From: Candidatus Multivoradales bacterium
GTDB lineage: Bacteria > Acidobacteriota > Thermoanaerobaculia > Multivoradales > J023
Direction of reading: 5' to 3'
Assembly: GCA_965248925.1 (NCBI GenBank)
Contig: CBDFLE010000006.1
Location: forward strand, 192,001 to 256,000
Length of the DNA stretch: 64,000 bases
In this document: positions 59,185 through 64,000 of the stretch, in pieces
Layout of the letters: every line of letters begins with the position of its first letter
Position numbering within the stretch: the stretch's first letter is position 1
The notes under the pieces: model-generated
Told to the model about the DNA's origin: nothing
Database searches by the model: none
What the model saw: the letters and a program-made list of their open reading frames with translations, nothing else
Program-made: the position numbers and the translations under genes

Positions 59185-60504
59185 TCAGTCCTCCTCGGGC
59201 GCCACTCGCAGGCGCGCTGAGCGGGCGTGCGCCGGCAGCCCTTCAGCGTCGGCCAGCACCGCGGCGGCCTCGGCGGCGGCGGCGGCGGCGGTGGCCGTGA
59301 AGTGAATTTGGTGACCACGACGAACGAAGTCCTCCACCCCGAGGGCCGAGGCGAAACGCGCCGAACCCGCGGTGGGCAAGACATGGCTTGGGCCGGCGAG
59401 ATAGTCGCCAAAAACTTCCGGCGTCGTCGCCCCGACAAATACCGCCCCAGCCGCCACCACTCGCTCAGCAAGAGTCTCGGCCGCCGCTCCCACCAACTGT
59501 AGATGCTCGGGGGCCAAGCGCTCCACCAGAGCCTGTGCTGCTGCCATGTTGGCCACCACGAACGCGCGCCCGCCCGCCGCCAAGGCAGCGCGGGCAGTCT
59601 TGCGGGTCGGTAGGTCACGCAGCTGGCGCCGCAGCTGGCGATCGACCTGCGAAGCAAAGCGGCGCTGCTCGGTGATCAACACCGCCACCGCCTGCGGATC
59701 GTGCTCGGCCTGGGCCAGCAAGTCGGCGGCGACCCAAGCTGGATCGGCCCCCTGGCTGGCGACGATCACCACCTCGCTAGGACCTGCGAGGCCATCGATC
59801 GCCACGGTTGTCGACACCAGGTGTTTGGCGGCGGTCACCCAGGCATTGCCCGGTCCGACAATCTTGTCCACCCGCTGAATGGTCTCGGTGCCGTAAGCCA
59901 GGGCGGCCACCGCCTGCGCTCCACCCATCCCCCAAACCTCGGTGATGCCCAGCCGACCCAGGGCCCAGCGCAGCGCCGGGTTGGCGGCCAGGGCTTGGGG
60001 CGGGGTCGCCACGACGATCTCCTGCACCCCGGCGAGCCGCGCCGGAATGGCGGTCATCGCCACCGTCGACGGGTAGGCGGCGCGCCCACCCGGCACATAG
60101 AGGCCGACCCGGCGCAGCGGCAGGCGGCGCTCGATCAGCTCGACACCGTCGACTTCTAATTCGAATCCGGGGTGAACTTGTTGCTGGTGATAGCTCTCGA
60201 TCGCCGCCATGGCGCGCTCGAAAGCGGCGACGAAACCGGTCGGCAGAGCGCTATCTTCCCCCTCCCCACCACTCCCGACCGCGGGCACGAAGCGCAGCTC
60301 CTCAACCTGTTTGACACTGACGCCGTCGTACTTCCGCAGCGCTTTCAACAGAGCTTTATCGCCCCTTCGGCGCACCCTGTCCAGCAACCGAGCGGTGCGC
60401 TTGAGCACCACCGGGTCCAGCAGCCGGTCGGCGCGACGGACCAGGGCTTCGATCGCCGCTTGACCGCGCTTCGAAGTCGCCATGCGAATCTGTAGCTCAG
60501 CCAT
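59185..60504 (-). CDS. hisD: Histidinol dehydrogenase
   Basis: YVPGG, GPGN, AGPSE, QAEHD, PEHL, GPSHVLPT. Confidence 0.96.
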   Translation of the reverse strand: MAELQIRMATSKRGQAAIEALVRRADRLLDPVVLKRTARLLDRVRRRGDKALLKALRKYDGVSVKQVEELRFVPAVGSGGEGEDSALPTGFVAAFERAMAAIESYHQQQVHPGFELEVDGVELIERRLPLRRVGLYVPGGRAAYPSTVAMTAIPARLAGVQEIVVATPPQALAANPALRWALGRLGITEVWGMGGAQAVAALAYGTETIQRVDKIVGPGNAWVTAAKHLVSTTVAIDGLAGPSEVVIVASQGADPAWVAADLLAQAEHDPQAVAVLITEQRRFASQVDRQLRRQLRDLPTRKTARAALAAGGRAFVVANMAAAQALVERLAPEHLQLVGAAAETLAERVVAAGAVFVGATTPEVFGDYLAGPSHVLPTAGSARFASALGVEDFVRRGHQIHFTATAAAAAAEAAAVLADAEGLPAHARSARLRVAPEED

Positions 60505-61150
60505 CTTCCACCTCCCACTGCAGCTCGACCAGGCCGGCTGCTTCGAGCCGATCGAGCCAGCCATTGAGCACCTGACGATGCCTCTGATAGGCCGCCCGAC
60601 CGACCACCAAACAAGGCTGCACCCGACGGGCCACTTCGAGTTCCACCAGACCGTTCTCACGCAGCGTGCCGCCGGTCTGGACGATGTCAAGAGCCACTTC
60701 CGACAGATCCAAAATCGGCCCTAACTCGACCGAGCCGTAGAGCTTGAAAACCTCCGCCCCCCAAGGCTTGGAGCGCAGCCAGCGGCGGGCGGTGCGGGGG
60801 TATTTGCTGGCGAGCCGCAATTGCTGACCGGGCCGCGGCAAAGTGCCCGGACGGCCGATCAGTGACAGCCGACTGCCGCCCTCGGTGAGCCGCGCCGGCA
60901 CCAGCAGATCGCCGCCACCCACCTCCTCCAAGACATCACTGCCGACAATGCCGCAGTCGGCGATGCCGTGGCCAACATAGAGGGGCAGGTCCCAGTCCTT
61001 GAGCAACAGAACCTCGACCCCATCGCCGGGCAACCGCTGCTGCAACTTGCGCCCACTGGTGTCAAGCCCGGCGAAAGTCAGGCCGGCGGCGCGCAGCGCT
61101 TCCAGCGCCGGTCGCTGATTGCGCCCCTTGGGCAGCCCCCAGCGAATCAC
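60497..61150 (-). CDS. hisG: ATP phosphoribosyltransferase, short form
   Basis: GLPKGR, ASKYP, GSVELGP, DIVQTGGTLRENGL. GTGA overlap with hisZ. Confidence 0.93.
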   Translation of the reverse strand: MIRWGLPKGRNQRPALEALRAAGLTFAGLDTSGRKLQQRLPGDGVEVLLLKDWDLPLYVGHGIADCGIVGSDVLEEVGGGDLLVPARLTEGGSRLSLIGRPGTLPRPGQQLRLASKYPRTARRWLRSKPWGAEVFKLYGSVELGPILDLSEVALDIVQTGGTLRENGLVELEVARRVQPCLVVGRAAYQRHRQVLNGWLDRLEAAGLVELQWEVEDG

Positions 61151-62139
61151 CGCCCTTCCTCCTCTGCTCCGGACGGAGCCAACCGGCCCAGACTGAGAGA
61201 GAAGCCCGCGGCGGTGACCTCGGCCCCGAGGGTGTAGAATAGGCGATCGTAGCGCCCGCCAGCGCCTATTTCTTGCGACCCCTCGGCAGCATAGGCACGA
61301 AAGATCAGGCCATCGTAGTAGGCCCCCGGCCCGAGTTCGGGACGTAACCTCGGCTCGAGGATCTGGTCGGCGAACTCGGCCAAATCGACCCGCAGCTGCA
61401 ACCTCGGATGGCTCTCTCCAAGCCGCTCCACCAAGACCATTAGCCGCCGCAGCTGCGCTACTGCGATCTCGCCAAGGCACTCGACGTCGGCCGGCACACC
61501 CTCCCGAACCACTTGCAACAACCCTGGCGACATGTCACGCACCGCGGCGCGATCACGGCGTAAGACTGCCGCCGCCAGCCGTCCCACTTGCTCCACTCCA
61601 GACTCTGCCAGCGGCTGATCGAGGGCACCGGCAAAGCCCAGCACCACCAACGGCCGCCGTTGCTCATTGCTGAGCGGTGGGCAAGCCGCTTCTAGCAGGG
61701 CCAAGAAACTCTCAAGCGCAAGCTCTTCGCCAGCCGTACCCTCCATGCCAAGAACTTCGGCTCCCACCTGGTAGAGTTCCCGCTGGCGACCGGCGCGTTC
61801 CTCTTGGTAGCGCAGCACATCGCCGCGGTAGTAGAGCTTCAGCGGCAACTCCAAGAACTGCAACCGTGGCGCCAGCAAGCGGGCTAACATGGGGGTGAAA
61901 TCTCCCCGCAGCGCCAACACCTCCCCGTCGCGGTCCACCAAGCGGTAGAGCTGCTCACGACTAGCCGGACTGAGCAAGGCCTCGTAAGGCGCCAGGTAGT
62001 CCACCACCGGCAGCACAACCTCAGAAAAACCCTCGGCTTCGAGCCTTGCCACCAAACGCTGCTCCAAGGCACGACGACGGCGCGCACTACCCATCATCAA
62101 AGCTTCGACACCGGTCGGCAGAGAAGCAGAGATTCTCAT
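61147..62139 (-). CDS. hisZ: ATP phosphoribosyltransferase regulatory subunit
   Basis: HisRS-like fold: LALRGDFT, RELYQVGAE, YYDG, GGRYD. Adjacent to short hisG. Confidence 0.92.
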   Translation of the reverse strand: MRISASLPTGVEALMMGSARRRRALEQRLVARLEAEGFSEVVLPVVDYLAPYEALLSPASREQLYRLVDRDGEVLALRGDFTPMLARLLAPRLQFLELPLKLYYRGDVLRYQEERAGRQRELYQVGAEVLGMEGTAGEELALESFLALLEAACPPLSNEQRRPLVVLGFAGALDQPLAESGVEQVGRLAAAVLRRDRAAVRDMSPGLLQVVREGVPADVECLGEIAVAQLRRLMVLVERLGESHPRLQLRVDLAEFADQILEPRLRPELGPGAYYDGLIFRAYAAEGSQEIGAGGRYDRLFYTLGAEVTAAGFSLSLGRLAPSGAEEEGR

Positions 62140-63701
62140 TGCGCCTGCCCCTCCGGCAGGCGCAGCAAGCGGCGCGCAAGATCTTCGTCGAGGCTGTAGC
62201 GGGTCATCAGCAAGAATTGCGGTAGGGCCTGGGCGAACAGCGCCTCACGCCCCGGGACCACGGCTATACCTCGTGCTTCGAGGGCCTCGACCAAGGCAGT
62301 CTCATGTCGACCGTAGACCAAATCCACCACCGTTGCGTCGCTGGCCACGGCCGCTACGTCGAAGGGCAAAGGATCGTTCTCGCCATGGCCCAGTCCGGTC
62401 GCATGGATGATGATGTCGAAACCTGAAGGGTCGAAGGCGTCGAGGGCGACAAAGGGCAAAGCAAGTTCGGTCGAGGCTTTCTTGCCCCGCTCCTCACCGC
62501 GGTTGACCAGTGTGACTCGAGCCCCTTCGAGCTGAAGACCGTAGGCCGCGGCTCGGCCAGCGCCACCACAGCCGACAATCGCCGCCCGGACGCCTCGGAA
62601 AGCCACCCCCCAGCGCCGCAACGGCTCGACAACTCCCTCCGGATCCGTGGTCTCGGCCTCCCACACTTCGCCACTCTTGACCAAGGTGTTGGCGGCGCAG
62701 ATGTGCTGTGCCCGCGGACTCGAGGCACCAGAGACGGCCAGCGCAACTTCCTTGTAAGGGGCGGTCACCGACAGGCCACGCAGCGGAAACCCGAGATCTT
62801 CCAGGCTGCCCGACTCGACAACTTCGATCCAAAAATCACCGAACGACTCGATATGGAACGGCAGATAAAGATAAGGCAAGCCGAGTTCCCGATAAGCACC
62901 GTTGTGCAGCCGCGGCGACAACGAATGCAGCACCGGCCGGCCGGCAATGCCGTAAAGCCCTTCGATCGGCGGCAACTCGGGGAGGCCATAGTCGCGGCGC
63001 AAACGCGCTACCGACAGCTGACCCGGCGCGGCCGGGGTTTCGCTAGCGGATCCGTAGACCCAAGGGCTACCCAGCCGCGGCGCTAGCAGGCGGGTCCAGG
63101 TGGCGATCTCACCCACGCCAAAAGAAATCACATCCTCACGCCCCAGCGAACGCAGCAAGGCCAGCGCGCGGATGCCGTCGCCCGACCCGGCAGCGATCGG
63201 GATCACCTTGTAGTAGCGCGCCTCGGTCGAGGTCATGTGCTCGAAACGCTGACGCAACGCCGTCAAGTGAATCGCCGGACCGTGCCACGAGATCAACCGC
63301 TTGCTCGCCGGCACCTGCACTAGGAGTTCGGGAAAAAGATCCCGCTCAGCTTCCAGATCCACCAGGTCGTAGCCCTCGGCCGCTGCACTCAAGCGCTGCT
63401 GGCGCCGTGCCTTGCCCGCCTCGGATTTGCCACCCTCCGCCCGGCTGCGCAAAGTGTAGAGCAAGCGCCCAGAGAAATGCTGGCGCAGAAACTCGACCTC
63501 GAGATCGCCCACCAAGTCGCCTCGTACTTCGAGCACGTCAGCGAGCTGTGACAGCTCTTTCAGGTCGGCACCGTCACTGGCCGGTGGATGGGTCAGCGTA
63601 GCAACCAGCTCGGTGCGCTGTTGTGGGTCGCGAACGCTCCGACGGTCGTTTCTAGAGCCGTCGTTGCTGACGCTGTCGTCGTTGGATGTGCGATCAGACA
63701 C
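62136..63701 (-). CDS. aroDE: Fused type I 3-dehydroquinate dehydratase / shikimate dehydrogenase
   Basis: AroD: LEVRGD, TLRSRAEGG, APGQL. AroE: HSLSP.LHN, SVTAPYK, ANT, TD, GCGGAG. Preferred start is GTG 63701; the ORF-track ATG 63719 lies inside the terminator loop. Confidence 0.9.
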   Translation of the reverse strand: MSDRTSNDDSVSNDGSRNDRRSVRDPQQRTELVATLTHPPASDGADLKELSQLADVLEVRGDLVGDLEVEFLRQHFSGRLLYTLRSRAEGGKSEAGKARRQQRLSAAAEGYDLVDLEAERDLFPELLVQVPASKRLISWHGPAIHLTALRQRFEHMTSTEARYYKVIPIAAGSGDGIRALALLRSLGREDVISFGVGEIATWTRLLAPRLGSPWVYGSASETPAAPGQLSVARLRRDYGLPELPPIEGLYGIAGRPVLHSLSPRLHNGAYRELGLPYLYLPFHIESFGDFWIEVVESGSLEDLGFPLRGLSVTAPYKEVALAVSGASSPRAQHICAANTLVKSGEVWEAETTDPEGVVEPLRRWGVAFRGVRAAIVGCGGAGRAAAYGLQLEGARVTLVNRGEERGKKASTELALPFVALDAFDPSGFDIIIHATGLGHGENDPLPFDVAAVASDATVVDLVYGRHETALVEALEARGIAVVPGREALFAQALPQFLLMTRYSLDEDLARRLLRLPEGQAQ

Positions 63702-63702
63702 C

Positions 63703-63736
63703 AAAAAACCTCTTTCCATGGAATCCGGAAAGAGGT
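63703..63736 (-). terminator. Attenuator terminator hairpin
   Basis: mRNA ACCUCUUUCC-GGAUUCCAU-GGAAAGAGGU followed by UUUUU: a perfect 10-bp stem immediately before the first gene. Confidence 0.9.
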
Positions 63737-63768
63737 CTCAGGTGCGGCGTTTGCCCTCGTCCCGGATT
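63722..63768 (-). promoter_or_regulatory. Antiterminator stem
   Basis: mRNA AAUCCGGGACGAGG (63768-63755) pairs with CCUCUUUCCGGAUU (63735-63722) at 13 of 14 positions (one G-U). This consumes the 5' arm of the terminator. Confidence 0.8.
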
Positions 63769-63794
63769 ACGAACGGCCGGGACCCTCGCCCAGC

Positions 63795-63875
63795 CTAGGA
63801 TCCGTGATGCGCGTGATTCCACCAGCCACAGCACGCCGTGGTGTTCAGGGTCTGGAGGCTTCGCAGATTCGACAT
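63795..63875 (-). CDS. Attenuation leader peptide MSNLRSLQTLNTTACCGWWNHAHHGS
   Basis: Manual translation. GAGG RBS upstream. Tandem TGG TGG followed by CAC-GCG-CAT-CAC. Lies upstream of the terminator and the his/trp operon. Confidence 0.88.
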   Translation of the reverse strand: MSNLRSLQTLNTTACCGWWNHAHHGS

Positions 63876-63917
63876 CGTCGTTTCCTCGGGAGGCGAAAGG
63901 CGCCTCAAGAGGCGGTG

Positions 63918-63946
63918 ATTACAGCAGCTGGCCCAAGGGCTGTCAA
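63918..63946 (-). promoter_or_regulatory. sigma70-type promoter
   Basis: TTGACA (63946-63941), 17-nt spacer, TGTAAT (63923-63918), about 40 nt upstream of the leader ATG. Confidence 0.75.
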
Positions 63947-64000
63947 GTTCTCATGCCGGCACCAAAAAGGGCCGGAGCAACAACAGATGCAGAGGCTCGG

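Noticed and set aside
59262-59297. GCG/GCC microsatellite in hisD
   Set aside because: Simply encodes an Ala-rich helix, in frame.
63717-63719. ATG at 63719 as the aroDE start
   Set aside because: It lies in the terminator loop with no SD upstream. GTG 63701 has a well-spaced GAGG.
63703-63915. T-box or TRAP regulation of the operon
   Set aside because: No T-box consensus or (G/U)AG repeat array seen. The leader peptide explains the structure.

Overview
GC-rich bacterial DNA (roughly 65% by eye). Gene content suggests Acidobacteriota, possibly Thermoanaerobaculia; this is inference. No rRNA, tRNA, CRISPR array or intact mobile element was recognised. The right end (47.9-63.9 kb, minus strand) is one tightly coupled 16-gene superoperon, aroD-aroE(fused)-hisZGDCBHAF(IE)-trpEGDCFBA. 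It is preceded by a near-consensus sigma70 promoter, a 26-aa leader peptide absent from the ORF track (MSNLRSLQTLNTTACCGWWNHAHHGS) and mutually exclusive antiterminator/terminator hairpins. This looks like a dual Trp+His ribosome-dependent attenuator and is the top finding. The rest is accessory. It includes a decayed hydrolase/ABC locus, a P-loop ATPase+TPR gene pair, a scattered anthraniloyl-CoA-type catabolic gene set and a MocR-azlCD module. It also has two ECF sigma/anti-sigma pairs plus a sigma2-anti-sigma chimera, a fulvocin C-like bacteriocin precursor beside an IPT/TIG protein, an orphan Phd-like remnant, a Ser/Thr kinase-TonB_C plus PEGA-OmpA pair, a two-component system and a TIR-nSTAND1-WD40 NLR-like protein. 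All calls rest on motif recognition by eye; no searches or folding programs were run.
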